A stretch of 64,000 nucleotides of DNA from Terriglobia bacterium (GTDB lineage Bacteria; Acidobacteriota; Terriglobia; JAJPHL01; JAPKYU01), in assembly GCA_965223005.1 (NCBI GenBank), contig CBDCVK010000009.1:32001-96000 (forward strand), given 5' to 3'. Under the pieces are notes generated by a model that saw only the letters and a list, made by a program, of their open reading frames with translations, searched no databases and was not told where the DNA came from. Positions 20,292-31,933 of the stretch are shown here, one piece after another. Each line of letters starts with the position of its first letter. Position 1 is the first letter of the stretch. The translations under genes and the position numbers were made by a program.

Positions 20292-23200
20292 GTGGAAGCG
20301 GCGTTGAGATCGGTCCAGTTCCTCCAGCCGGCGCGCGCAAGGGAAAACTTGGCGCGGCTCGAGCGGGAGCTGCCACCGGCGGCGCAGCAAGCGCTGCCGC
20401 GCCTTCTCCCCAGCGTGCCGGATCCCGATACGGCGCTCAGCAACCTGGAACGCTTCGCAGCTGCGGCGACGCCCGAGGTCCGCGAGTATCTGGGGCTGCA
20501 CCCGCCGGCATTGCACCATCTGCTGTCCCTGTTTGCTTATAGCCAGTTCCTTGCCAACACGCTGATTAGCCAGCCGGATCTGGCCCTCTGGCTGGAGCAG
20601 GAGCCGACCCTGTACCGTGTGAAAACGGCGGAGGAGATGTCCCATTCGCTGAGCGCATTCGCGGACGAACCGCAGCAATCCGGCGTCGAGCTTGCAACAC
20701 TGTTGGCCCGGTTCAAGCGGCGCGAGTACCTGCGCATCGTCTTGCGCGACGTTCTACATCTGGCGACGCTGCCGGAGATCACGCTGGAGCTGTCCGGGCT
20801 AGCCGACGCGATCCTCGAATACTCGCTGCAACACGCCCAGGCGGAATTGGAAGAACGCTACGGCAAGCCGCTGCTTGAGACCCCGATGCCTGAGACCAAG
20901 GATGCCGCCGGTAGTGAAAATGCCGAGTGCCCCATGACTATCCTCTCCATGGGCAAACTCGGCGGCAACGAGCTGAACTACAGCTCCGACATTGACTTGG
21001 TCTTTCTCTACCGTGGCAATGGCGAGACCAGCGGGGGAATTTCCAACAAGGAGTACTTCGTCAAGCTGGCGCACCGGGTGGTAGGCAGGCTGACGGAATT
21101 TGGCCCCGAGGGGATGGTGTTCCGGGTGGACCTGCGCCTGCGCCCCCAAGGCGGGGAAGGCGACCTGGCCATTTCGCTGGAGGGCGCGCGCCAGTACTAC
21201 GGCGAGCGTGCCCGGGACTGGGAACTGCAGGCGCTGGCCAAGGCCCGCCACTCGGCCGGCGACGCGGCTTTAGCGCGCGATTTCCTGGAGTACGTCCAAC
21301 CGCTCATCTACCGCACCTCGGTGAACTTCGCGGCCATTGACAGCGTGCTGTTTGCCCGGGAACGCATCAGCACTGCTCTCGAGCGGCGGTCCTTACGAAA
21401 CCCGGGCATTAACGTCAAGCTGGAACGGGGCGGCATCCGAGACATCGAGTTTCTTGCGCAGTGTCTGCAGCGGCTCTACGGCGGGCAGCAGAGCTGGCTG
21501 CGCTCCGGCGGGACCCTGTTTGCCCTGCAAAAGCTGGCTGAGAAGGGCTACCTGCGGCAGCGCGACTACGGCCCGTTGAGCCGCGCCTACCTGTTCCTGC
21601 GCCACATCGAGCACCTGCTGCAACTGGACCGCGGCCAGCAGACGCACCGCTTGCCTACCTCGCCCGACGCGCTGGCCGTGCTGGCGCGCCGCGCCCGCCT
21701 CGACCAGCACACGGGCGTCTCCGGCGGGAAAGCCACACGCCGGACCGCAGTCGTCCACGCCGAGGTCGGCGAGCCGCATCAAGAGGCGGCTGAGATTCTG
21801 CTGGCCGAAGTCGAGCGGCACATGAAGCAGGTGCGCGAGATTTACGACCGGCTAATCCTGGCTCACTCGCCCTCGAAAGTTGCTCACCGCCCGTTCCGGC
21901 TTGAGCCCGAGGCCCCATTCACCACCGGGGAGCACGGCTATCCCGAACTGCTGCGCTACATCGAGAGCAACTGCCCGCCACTCTATCAGGAGATTTCCCA
22001 GCTCCCGCTGCGGCGCGGGCGGAAAGCCCTGCAGCGGTTCATCACCAGCGCCTACGCTGGCGCGGAGGAGTTCGCCTTCCTCTGCCAGCACCCGCAGGTG
22101 GTGGAGCGGGCCGGGAACCTATTTGAACACAGCCCGTTTCTGAGCGAGCTGCTGGTGCGCCACCCGATGGAAATTTCCGAGTTGCTTGAGCTGCCGCCAG
22201 CGGGCGAAGCACTGGCCCTGGAGGAGCAGGGCCGGTTCCGGGTCGAAGCCGCCTACACGGTGCAGGATGACCCACTGCTGATGCACGTGGCCTGTTCCGA
22301 TGCCCCTTTCGCCGAGAAGATGGCCCTGATGCGCCGGCATCACCGCCGGAACCTAGTACGAGTGCACGCCCACAGCCTGCTAGGCCCCGTTCCGGTTTTC
22401 TCCACGCTGGAAGCCACCAGCGCGCTGGCCGAGCAGGCGTTGCGTGCCGCCTACCAGGCGGCGGTGAAGGAAACGGCGCGCACGATGGCCCACCCCGTCG
22501 GAGACCTGATCGTGCTGGCGCTGGGGCGCCTAGGCATCCGCGAATTCGACATCGCCTCCGACGCCGACCTGGCTTTTCTCTACCGCGGTGGCGATCCGGA
22601 GGCCAAACACTTCTGGACGCGGGTGGCGGAACGGATGATCGAGATTCTGTCGGCCTACACCGGGGAGGGAACGATTCTTGCGGTGGATACACGCCTGCGC
22701 CCACGCGGCCGCGAGGGCGAACTGGTAGAAGCCGAAGCGGGCTTTGCGGAATATTTCGCCTCGGCAGCGCAGCCCTGGGAAGCCGTCACCTACATGAAAT
22801 CGCGAGTGGTAGCCGGCGACGTTGCCGAGGGCACGGTGCTGCTGACGCGCATCCAGAACACGATCGGTGAGCGCTTTGGGCAAGGACCGGAGGCCGCCCA
22901 AAAGCTGGCCGAGATGCGCAAGAAGCTGGAAGCCATCGCCACCCCTCACAACCGGCTCAAGACTGCCCCGGGCGGCTACTACGATATTGATTTCATCCTG
23001 ACTTACCTGCGCCTGCAGGCGGCTCAGGTCTTTTTTCCCTCACTGAACACTCTGGACCGGCTGCGGGTGGTCGAGTGGATGAACCAGTTGCGCCCCGACC
23101 AGATCCAGACGTTGCGCGAGGGAGCAATGTTTCTGCGTGGGTTGGAGCACGCGTTACGCGTTTCCACAGGTCGCTCTGACAGCGAATTGCCGCTAGCCGA

Positions 23201-23333
23201 CCCTCAGGCTGAAGCCTTGGCGGGGCTGGCCGAGCGCTGGCTGCCCCAAGCCCTGCGCGGCCGCCCCCTGGCGGAGTCTCTAGAAACAGTCACGTCGCGG
23301 GTCCGCGGTGTCTTCCACGAAATCTTCGGGTAG
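20292..23333 (+). CDS. glnE: Glutamine synthetase adenylyltransferase/deadenylylase
   Basis: Two NTase repeats (MGKLGGNELNYSSDIDL...VDLRLRPQG and LGRLGIREFDIASDADL...VDTRLRPRG); KLERGGIRDIEF. Confidence 0.92.
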   Translation: MEAALRSVQFLQPARARENLARLERELPPAAQQALPRLLPSVPDPDTALSNLERFAAAATPEVREYLGLHPPALHHLLSLFAYSQFLANTLISQPDLALWLEQEPTLYRVKTAEEMSHSLSAFADEPQQSGVELATLLARFKRREYLRIVLRDVLHLATLPEITLELSGLADAILEYSLQHAQAELEERYGKPLLETPMPETKDAAGSENAECPMTILSMGKLGGNELNYSSDIDLVFLYRGNGETSGGISNKEYFVKLAHRVVGRLTEFGPEGMVFRVDLRLRPQGGEGDLAISLEGARQYYGERARDWELQALAKARHSAGDAALARDFLEYVQPLIYRTSVNFAAIDSVLFARERISTALERRSLRNPGINVKLERGGIRDIEFLAQCLQRLYGGQQSWLRSGGTLFALQKLAEKGYLRQRDYGPLSRAYLFLRHIEHLLQLDRGQQTHRLPTSPDALAVLARRARLDQHTGVSGGKATRRTAVVHAEVGEPHQEAAEILLAEVERHMKQVREIYDRLILAHSPSKVAHRPFRLEPEAPFTTGEHGYPELLRYIESNCPPLYQEISQLPLRRGRKALQRFITSAYAGAEEFAFLCQHPQVVERAGNLFEHSPFLSELLVRHPMEISELLELPPAGEALALEEQGRFRVEAAYTVQDDPLLMHVACSDAPFAEKMALMRRHHRRNLVRVHAHSLLGPVPVFSTLEATSALAEQALRAAYQAAVKETARTMAHPVGDLIVLALGRLGIREFDIASDADLAFLYRGGDPEAKHFWTRVAERMIEILSAYTGEGTILAVDTRLRPRGREGELVEAEAGFAEYFASAAQPWEAVTYMKSRVVAGDVAEGTVLLTRIQNTIGERFGQGPEAAQKLAEMRKKLEAIATPHNRLKTAPGGYYDIDFILTYLRLQAAQVFFPSLNTLDRLRVVEWMNQLRPDQIQTLREGAMFLRGLEHALRVSTGRSDSELPLADPQAEALAGLAERWLPQALRGRPLAESLETVTSRVRGVFHEIFG

Positions 23334-23385
23334 GTCCAGAGTCAACAATACGAAGTGCAAAGCCTGAAGTCGAAAGCCGTACTCA

Positions 23386-24822
23386 CTAGAGCTTCTGGTA
23401 GGTGTTCCAGACGCCGTAGAAGGCGGCGGCGAAGAAGCCCAGCAGGGAAAGCCACAGGAAGACATCCCACAACAAGCCTGGGGTGAGGCGACGGTCGCTT
23501 CTGCGGTAGCGCATGTAGACGGCAGCGGCGGCGATCATGGGCAGCGTCAGCGCCTGGCCGAACCCGCCAATGATGACCAGCTGCACCGGGTTGGAAACCC
23601 ACACAAACAGGATGAGATGCACAAACGGAAACACGAAGCAGAAACGGCGAATCCACCACCACCGGTCGCCCGGGTGGGTAAGCCGGATGAAGCCATTCAC
23701 CTTCAGAAAATCGGTCAGGGTGCGACCGATGGTGGCGTTGGAGACAAAGAAAGTAGAGAACAGCACGGAAAAGGCGCCGATCACAATGAACCAGAGAGCC
23801 GCCCGCTCGCCCAGCACCGGCACGTACATTTGCGAAAGAGCTTGCAACAGGCCGCTGACAGTACCGGGCAACCCTTCCGGCCCGGTGTATTGGTGTAAGA
23901 CCGCGGCCCCCAGCAGATAGAAGGCCAGTGTGGCCACCGTGAACACGACCATGCTCAGAAAGGCGTCCAAGCGCATCACGCGGAGCCACCCACGGGCGCG
24001 TCGGATCCATGCCTCATCCGTGGCCTCATCCGTGCTGCGCGGGCCGACGTGGCGCGCATAGCCTTTCTCGATGCAGTAGTAGGGGTAGCAGATCAGTTCG
24101 GTGGCTCCCACACCGGTGATGCCAAACATCGCAAACGCCGCCCCAATTGCATGGGGGGGGATCTGGAAAGAAAGCCCGGAGGAGATCTCGCGCCAGCCAA
24201 AGGAGTGGCCGGTCCAGGGCAGCAGCGCCACGCATCCTACGGTCATCATCGTGAAGACCGCCACCAGCAGGACGGAGCTGCGCTCCACCACCGAGTAGGT
24301 GCCCACCGCCAAAAGCGTTGCCGTCAGCAGCGTAACCAGCACCGCCCAAGGCAACTCGGGCCGGGCAGCGAGGCCCACTCCTTCAGCGATCGCAGAGGAA
24401 AGGCCAGGCACAGCCATGTGGACCGCCTGACCAACGCCGCCTACCATGGCTGCCAACTGCGCCTGGACCGCCAGCATCATCACCAGCCACCACCAGGGCA
24501 GCAGGAAGCCTGGCCCGGGCAGTTGCCGAAACCCGTCGAACGTCGTCAGGCCCGAGGAGATGGTGTAGCGTGCCAGCTCGATCTGCGCGAAAGTCTTGAT
24601 GAAGCAGCTCACAATCACCAGCCACAGCAGGGCGAAGCCAGCCTGCGCGCCCACGTGTGTGGTGGCGATCAGTTCCCCGGTGCCCACGATAGTAGCGGCA
24701 AGGATCAGACCGGGACCGATGTGGCGCAGCGATTGCCGCAGCGAAGTCGGCGGTTCCCGGACCGCGTCTTCCGATAAGGTGTAGGGGTCTATAGGAACTG
24801 CGCCTTGGGCCTGCTGCTCCAT
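23386..24822 (-). CDS. Nramp-like divalent cation transporter
   Basis: IGPGLILAATIVGTGELI, FGITGVGATEL and about 11 TM helices. Confidence 0.8.
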   Translation of the reverse strand: MEQQAQGAVPIDPYTLSEDAVREPPTSLRQSLRHIGPGLILAATIVGTGELIATTHVGAQAGFALLWLVIVSCFIKTFAQIELARYTISSGLTTFDGFRQLPGPGFLLPWWWLVMMLAVQAQLAAMVGGVGQAVHMAVPGLSSAIAEGVGLAARPELPWAVLVTLLTATLLAVGTYSVVERSSVLLVAVFTMMTVGCVALLPWTGHSFGWREISSGLSFQIPPHAIGAAFAMFGITGVGATELICYPYYCIEKGYARHVGPRSTDEATDEAWIRRARGWLRVMRLDAFLSMVVFTVATLAFYLLGAAVLHQYTGPEGLPGTVSGLLQALSQMYVPVLGERAALWFIVIGAFSVLFSTFFVSNATIGRTLTDFLKVNGFIRLTHPGDRWWWIRRFCFVFPFVHLILFVWVSNPVQLVIIGGFGQALTLPMIAAAAVYMRYRRSDRRLTPGLLWDVFLWLSLLGFFAAAFYGVWNTYQKL

Positions 24823-24998
24823 GCCGGTTCAAAGTATCGAAATGCCGACAGGCCTGTAAACACTTTCCGCGCGGCTCACAACAGCCGGGAACGAGTCTTG
24901 CCGGCGGGCAGGCTGCCAGTTGAAAAGCGTGTGCCGAGGGTGCTAACTTTCGTTCGCGGGGGAAGTGGGCAGTCTGGGAGGAAGGAGCGCATAGCTTT

Positions 24999-26267
<1,269 letters not shown>

Positions 26268-26312
26268 GCGTTTTGGCCAATCTGAAATCCGCAATTCTTC
26301 TTGGGAGATTCC

Positions 26313-27242
26313 ATGCGTAAAAAAATCACCGTGGTAGGAGCGGGCAACGTAGGCGCTACCAGCGCCCAGCGGCTCGCCGACAAAGCCCTGGGCGACGTGG
26401 TGCTCACCGACATCATTGAGGGCGTGCCGCAGGGCAAGGCCCTGGATCTGCTCCAGGCCGGCCCCGTCGAGGGCTACGATGTGCTGCTCACAGGCGCCAA
26501 CAACTACGAACCCACCGCCCACTCCGACATCGTCGTCGTCACCGCCGGTTTCCCCCGCAAACCTGGCATGAGCCGCGATGACCTGGTGCTGAAGAACTCC
26601 GAGGTGGTGAAGCAGGCGGTGGAGCAGGTGGTGAAGTACTCTCCTGAGTGCATCCTGATCGTGGTCACCAACCCGCTGGACGCCATGTGCCATGTCGCCT
26701 ACGACACTGCCGGGTTCTCCAAGAACCGGGTGATTGGCATGGCCGGCATCCTGGATTCTTCTCGCTTCCGCACCTTCATCGCCCAAGAACTGAACGTCTC
26801 AGTGGAGAACACTCACGCCTTCGTGCTTGGGGGCCACGGCGACACCATGGTGCCATTGGCGCGCTTCTCCACCGTGGCCGGCATCCCCATCACCGAACTG
26901 CTGGACCAAGCCACCATAGACCGGCTCATCCAGCGCACGCGCGACGGCGGCGCCGAGATCGTCAAGCTGCTGAAGGCGGGCAGCGCCTACTACGCTCCCT
27001 CGGCGGCTATAGTCGAGATGGTGGATGCCATCCTGAACGACCGAAAAAAAATCCTGCCTTGCGCCGCGTACCTGGAGGGCGAGTACGGCATCCGCAATCT
27101 GTTTGTTGGCGTGCCCTGCAAACTGGGCGCCCGCGGTCTGGAGCAAGTCCTGGAGATCAAGCTGACCCCGGAGGAAGACGCCGCTCTGAAGAAGAGCGCG
27201 GCGGCCGTGCAGGCGCTGGTAGACGTCATCCGCCGCAAGTAG
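26313..27242 (+). CDS. mdh: Malate dehydrogenase (LDH-like)
   Basis: [35 protein letters not shown] and [10 protein letters not shown]. Confidence 0.96.
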   Translation: MRKKITVVGAGNVGATSAQRLADKALGDVVLTDIIEGVPQGKALDLLQAGPVEGYDVLLTGANNYEPTAHSDIVVVTAGFPRKPGMSRDDLVLKNSEVVKQAVEQVVKYSPECILIVVTNPLDAMCHVAYDTAGFSKNRVIGMAGILDSSRFRTFIAQELNVSVENTHAFVLGGHGDTMVPLARFSTVAGIPITELLDQATIDRLIQRTRDGGAEIVKLLKAGSAYYAPSAAIVEMVDAILNDRKKILPCAAYLEGEYGIRNLFVGVPCKLGARGLEQVLEIKLTPEEDAALKKSAAAVQALVDVIRRK

Positions 27243-27339
27243 GAACGCGAGCGCCCCGCACTTCGGCCTTGAGCCGCTGGTTCCCAATGCAGGTGCGTGC
27301 CAGATTGGCCCTCCGCTTACATCACTAGAGCAATATCGG

Positions 27340-28257
27340 CTAGGGAGATTGCAGGGCTCGCTTGGCGTGGTAGGAGCTGCGCACAAATGGCCCGGACTCG
27401 ACGTGCTGGAAGCCAATGGCGGTGGCAACCTGCTTCAGCTCGGCAAATTCTTCAGGAGTGTAGTAGCGAACAATGGGCAAGTGCTTGGTCGAGGGGCGCA
27501 GGTACTGACCGATGGTAATGATGTCCACCCGGTGTTCATGCAGGTCACGTAGAGTCTGAACGATTTCCTCACGCTGTTCGCCCAATCCCAGCATTATTCC
27601 GGACTTGGTTGGTGTCTGGCCGGATTTAGTTGGGCCGGATTTAGTTGGCGTCTGCGGGGTCATCTCCTTGGCAGAGCGGAGTAGCCCCAGGGAGCGGTGG
27701 TAGCGGGAGCCCGGGCGCACCGGGCGGTAAAGGCGTTCGATGGTCTCGATGTTGTGGTTGAACACGTCGGGGTGAGCGTCGAGCACGATGCGCAAGGCCT
27801 CGAGCGACCCCTGAAAGTCGGGCACCAGCACCTCCACCTTGCAGCCGGGGGTCCGGCGTCGGATTTCAGCGATGGTCAGGGCGAACAGGGCGGCGCCGCC
27901 GTCCTTGCGATCGTCCCGATCCACGGAAGTGACCACGGCGTGCTCGAGCCCCAGCCGGGCCACCGCTTCAGCCACCCGTCGCGGCTCGTCCCAATCCACT
28001 TGCATCGGCGCGCCCTTGGGCACTGCACAAAAGCCGCAGCGGCGCGTGCAGACGTTGCCCAGGATCATGAAGGTGGCCGTGCGCTGCTCCCAGCACTCGC
28101 CGATATTGGGGCAATGGGCGCTTTCGCAGACCGTGTGCAGGCGCTCGCCTTCTATCAGCGCCTTCAGTTCGCGGTAGTTGGGGCCGCCAGGCGCGCGTAC
28201 CTTCAGCCATTTCGGTCGCTCGCCTGCTGCCGGGCGGTTTTCCAGCGTTACCAGCAT
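27340..28257 (-). CDS. lipA: Lipoyl synthase
   Basis: [20 protein letters not shown] and [11 protein letters not shown] motifs. Confidence 0.96.
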   Translation of the reverse strand: MLVTLENRPAAGERPKWLKVRAPGGPNYRELKALIEGERLHTVCESAHCPNIGECWEQRTATFMILGNVCTRRCGFCAVPKGAPMQVDWDEPRRVAEAVARLGLEHAVVTSVDRDDRKDGGAALFALTIAEIRRRTPGCKVEVLVPDFQGSLEALRIVLDAHPDVFNHNIETIERLYRPVRPGSRYHRSLGLLRSAKEMTPQTPTKSGPTKSGQTPTKSGIMLGLGEQREEIVQTLRDLHEHRVDIITIGQYLRPSTKHLPIVRYYTPEEFAELKQVATAIGFQHVESGPFVRSSYHAKRALQSP

Positions 28258-28429
28258 GGCTCCCCTTATTATGCCAGCGATCGGAGTGCGACTCGGCAAC
28301 AAATGAAATGCCCGGCAATAAACAAGCGAAAGCCCGATGGGGCAGATAACCACAGTAAGAGGGGCTTGGCTCAGCCACCCGGACCAACCATAATAGCGCC
28401 CGCCCAACTCGTGGGCCGAGAGGACTCGC

Positions 28430-29332
28430 ATGACACAAGTAGATCGCATCTCCCTGACTCTCCTTTTTGTTTTGGCCATTTCTCTGCTGATTCCTTTATG
28501 GGCTGATCCTTTATGGTCTGATCCGGCGCCGCCAGCGACCTCGAAAGCCCCCTTTCACAACTCGGTGAAGAAGGCGCTCCAAGAAGGCAAGGTAGTCATT
28601 GGAGCTGCCGTCAATATGGGCAGCGCCGATGCGGCCGCCACGCTGGCCGATGCCGGCTTCGACTTTGTCTGGATCGAGATGGAGCACGGCCCGATCACGT
28701 TGGAGTCGGCCCGGGAGATGATCCTGGCCACGCGCGGTCTGAAGGCGGTGCCCTTCATCCGGGTGCCCGAGAAGCGGCACTGGCTTGCAAAGCGCGTGCT
28801 CGATATCGGCAGTCTGGGTGTGGCCTTCCCCTTCGTTTCCACGCGCCAGCAGGCCCAGCAGGCAGTGGCCGCCTGCAAGTATCCGCCGGAGGGCATCCGC
28901 GGATTCGGCCCGACCCTGGCGGCGGCGCGCTGGGGCCTGTCCAGCAGCGACTATGCTGGTTGGGCCAACGACAACGTGATGGTGATCACCCTGATTGAAA
29001 GCAAGGAAGGGGTGGAAAATATCGAGGAGATCGCGTCGGTGCCCGGCATTGATCTAATGTTTATCGGTACCTCCGACCTCTCCTATTCGCTGGACGTCGG
29101 GGGGCAGGTGGCGCATCCGCGGGTGGAGCAGGCTGTCGCCCGGGTGCTGGCGGCTGGCAAGAAGTACAAAGTGGCGGTCGGCTACCCTACCGGCGACCCC
29201 GCGCAGATGAAGAAACGGGTCAAGCAGGGCTTTCGCGTCTTTCTGGTCGGCAGCGACGTGACGTTGTTGCGGGCCGGGGCCCGTCATTTGCTTACTGGCG
29301 CCAGCGAGGCGATTCCCGGGGGCATTTACTAG
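28430..29332 (+). CDS. HpcH/HpaI aldolase family protein with N-terminal signal-like segment
   Basis: [42 protein letters not shown] and FIGTSDLS. Confidence 0.88.
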   Translation: MTQVDRISLTLLFVLAISLLIPLWADPLWSDPAPPATSKAPFHNSVKKALQEGKVVIGAAVNMGSADAAATLADAGFDFVWIEMEHGPITLESAREMILATRGLKAVPFIRVPEKRHWLAKRVLDIGSLGVAFPFVSTRQQAQQAVAACKYPPEGIRGFGPTLAAARWGLSSSDYAGWANDNVMVITLIESKEGVENIEEIASVPGIDLMFIGTSDLSYSLDVGGQVAHPRVEQAVARVLAAGKKYKVAVGYPTGDPAQMKKRVKQGFRVFLVGSDVTLLRAGARHLLTGASEAIPGGIY

Positions 29333-29490
29333 ACGCCGGAGTCTCAACTCCTGGCAGCAGGCGGGGCGTGCCGACTGCCGCTCGACCTTCCCGCCAGAAT
29401 ACGGGCGCGTGCACTTCGCCCTGGAGAGAGAGTTTGGGTCGAGTTTGTGTGGCCAATTCCGGCCACCGGGAATATGATGGACGCCGGAGT

Positions 29491-29898
29491 ATGGCGAGGA
29501 AGTACCGACAAAAAGGCTACATGGACGTTGATCGGGAGGCGTCTGGCGAGAAGCGCCCACCGAAACAGGACCTGGGCGGTCCTCGCATGCTGCGCATGCC
29601 CGCCGCGCGGACGGTGATGCGTTGCGCCGGGTGCGGCACGCTGCTTCCTCCGGCGGTGGATACCGGCGGCCAGTGCCCGCGCTGTGGTTTTGAACTGCAT
29701 AGCTGCAAGCAATGCGTCAACTTCGACACGGGCAGCCGCTTCGAGTGCAGTAAGCCGATCGCGGAGCGCATCACCCCCAAAGACGCCCGCAACGAGTGCT
29801 CGTTCTATGAGCCGCGGACGACCGTGGAGCGCGACACCTCCTCCGGCGGCCGGCCTGCCAACGCGCGCAGCGCCTTCGATAATCTGTTCAAAAAGTAG
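29491..29898 (+). CDS. Cys-rich hypothetical protein (multi zinc-ribbon)
   Basis: CAGC, CPRC, CKQC plus two more Cys; GGAG RBS; ends ARSAFDNLFKK. Confidence 0.75.
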   Translation: MARKYRQKGYMDVDREASGEKRPPKQDLGGPRMLRMPAARTVMRCAGCGTLLPPAVDTGGQCPRCGFELHSCKQCVNFDTGSRFECSKPIAERITPKDARNECSFYEPRTTVERDTSSGGRPANARSAFDNLFKK

Positions 29899-29945
29899 CG
29901 GCGGCTTTTGACCGGGGGACTTTAGCTTTAGTAGCACAGCGGCTC

Positions 29946-30686
29946 GTGCGGACCACCAGCAGCGAAATCCCACTGCTTCATCTCCAGAAGCGAATCATTG
30001 TCTGCCAGCGCTGCCCGCGCTTGGTGAGGCACCGCCGAAAGGTGGCGCGCGAGAAGCGTCGGGCGTTTCAGGACTGGGACTACTGGGGCCGGCCGCTGCC
30101 CTCCTTCGGCGATCCCGACGCACGGCTGCTGATCCTGGGCCTGGCCCCGGCAGCCCACGGGGGCAACCGCACCGGGCGGATGTTCACCGGCGACCGCTCC
30201 GGCGACTTCCTCTATGGCGCGCTGTATCGCGCCGGGTTCGCCAGCCAGCCCACTGCGGTGCACCGCGGCGACGGCCTCCAGTTGCGCGATGCCTACATCA
30301 CCGCTGCGGTTCGCTGCGCTCCACCCGGCAACAAGCCCACGCTCGAGGAGCAGGCCCGCTGCCGCCCCTTCCTGGCGCGGGAGCTGGAATTGTTGCCCAA
30401 CATCCGGGCTGTGCTGGCCCTGGGCGAAATCGGCTTTGATGGCTACCTCCGCCTGCTCCGGGACACCGGGCGCGTCGCCTCGCTGGCCCCCTATCGCTTC
30501 GCCCACGGCGCCCGCTACGTGCTGCCGCCGCCCTTGCCGGTCCTGTTCGTCTGTTATCATCCCAGCCAGCAGAACACGTTTACCGGCAGGCTGACGCCCC
30601 GGATGCTGGACACGCTGCTCGGCCGCGTCCGCCGCTTCTTAGTAAACAAACGACGGCAAGAAAACGAGGGTTCAAAGAGCAAGTAA
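29946..30686 (+). CDS. Uracil-DNA glycosylase, family 5 (UdgB-like)
   Basis: CQRCPRL, GLAPAAHGGNRTGRMFTGDRSG, RCAPPGNKP and YHPSQQNT. Confidence 0.9.
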   Translation: MRTTSSEIPLLHLQKRIIVCQRCPRLVRHRRKVAREKRRAFQDWDYWGRPLPSFGDPDARLLILGLAPAAHGGNRTGRMFTGDRSGDFLYGALYRAGFASQPTAVHRGDGLQLRDAYITAAVRCAPPGNKPTLEEQARCRPFLARELELLPNIRAVLALGEIGFDGYLRLLRDTGRVASLAPYRFAHGARYVLPPPLPVLFVCYHPSQQNTFTGRLTPRMLDTLLGRVRRFLVNKRRQENEGSKSK

Positions 30687-30746
30687 ATGGGAATTTGCAG
30701 CGTTTCTATCAGCACACGATCTGAGACGGAAACGCAACATGTCCTT

Positions 30747-30784
30747 TTCTGGTAGAAACTTACGGTTCTGGTAGAAACTTACGG
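30747..30784. repeat. Perfect 19-bp tandem duplication
   Basis: TTCTGGTAGAAACTTACGG x2 (30747-30765 and 30766-30784). Confidence 0.9.
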
Positions 30785-30856
30785 GCAAAGCCTTTTTTGA
30801 CGGGGTGACACCAGTGCTTTTCCACGAGGCTTTCAGGGCAATTGGCATATGGTAGA

Positions 30857-31933
30857 ATGGCCGACCGCTTGTCAGAGCACGCCATTTCACCCCTTTCACG
30901 GGGGGGGAGGGTACGCCCAGTGGGATTGGACACCGAGCTTCTGCACCAGATGCTGTATTACATGAAACTCCAGCGCGAGCTGGAGGAGCGCATCGAGTTC
31001 AAGCTCTACCGCCAGGGACTGATCGTGGGCGGTGTCTACGGAGGGCGCGGTCAGGAGGCCATTGGGGTCGGCAGCGCGCTCATCTCCCAGCAGGACGATG
31101 TGCTGTGCCCGTCGCACCGGGACCTGGGGGCGTTCCTGGTGCGCGGCATGAGTGCGCGCACGGTGCTGGCACAGTTTATGGGACGGGTGGACGGCCCGAC
31201 CCGCGGGCGCGACGGCAACATGCACATGGGCGACCTGGGCCTGAATCTCATTGCCTTCATTAGCAGCATTGGGTCCATCGTCCCGGTGGCCGGCGGCGCC
31301 GCCCTGGCTCTGCGCTACCAAGGCAAGCCCAACGTGGTCTTCTGCTACTTCGGCGACGGGGCCACCAGCCGCGGCGACTGGCATGAAGGGTTAAACCTGG
31401 CCGCCGTGCAGAAACTCCCCGTCGTCTACCTGTGCAACAACAACCTGTACGCCTATTCGACCCCGGTGGAGTTGCAGATGCCCGTGAAACACGTGGCCGA
31501 CCGTGGCCCGGCGTATGGGATTCCGGCGGAGATTGTGGATGGCAACGATGTCATCGCGGTCCACCAAGCTGCCCAGCAGGCCGTCGAGCACGCTCGCTCC
31601 GGTCGCGGGCCGGCTATGATCGAGTGCAAGACCTTCCGTATGACCGGTCATTCGGCGCACGACAAGGCTGAGTATGTCCCCAAGGCGTTGTTTGAGGAGT
31701 GGGCGAGCAAGGACCCCATCACCCGCCTGGAGGCGGTGATGATGGAGTGGGGCTTCCTGTCGGAGGCGCCACTGGGCGAGTTGAACCGTCGCATCATCGC
31801 CGAAGTGGATGAGGCGGTGAGCTGGGCCGAACAGCGCCCCTTCCCCGATCCGGCTACTGTGCTGGACAACGTGTACGATGGGCGGCAAGAATCGCCGGCG
31901 TCGCGGCGGACCTTTTCCGCCGCCCGGGGCTAA
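30857..31933 (+). CDS. 2-oxoacid (pyruvate/branched-chain) dehydrogenase E1 alpha
   Basis: GQEA, SHRD, FGDGATSRGDWHEGLN...NNLYAYST TPP motif and RMTGHSAHD. Confidence 0.92.
   Translation: MADRLSEHAISPLSRGGRVRPVGLDTELLHQMLYYMKLQRELEERIEFKLYRQGLIVGGVYGGRGQEAIGVGSALISQQDDVLCPSHRDLGAFLVRGMSARTVLAQFMGRVDGPTRGRDGNMHMGDLGLNLIAFISSIGSIVPVAGGAALALRYQGKPNVVFCYFGDGATSRGDWHEGLNLAAVQKLPVVYLCNNNLYAYSTPVELQMPVKHVADRGPAYGIPAEIVDGNDVIAVHQAAQQAVEHARSGRGPAMIECKTFRMTGHSAHDKAEYVPKALFEEWASKDPITRLEAVMMEWGFLSEAPLGELNRRIIAEVDEAVSWAEQRPFPDPATVLDNVYDGRQESPASRRTFSAARG

Noticed and set aside
30783-30830. c-di-GMP-I riboswitch suggested by GGGCAAAGCC
   Set aside because: No GAAA-capped P2 stem or GACGCAAAGC segment follows.
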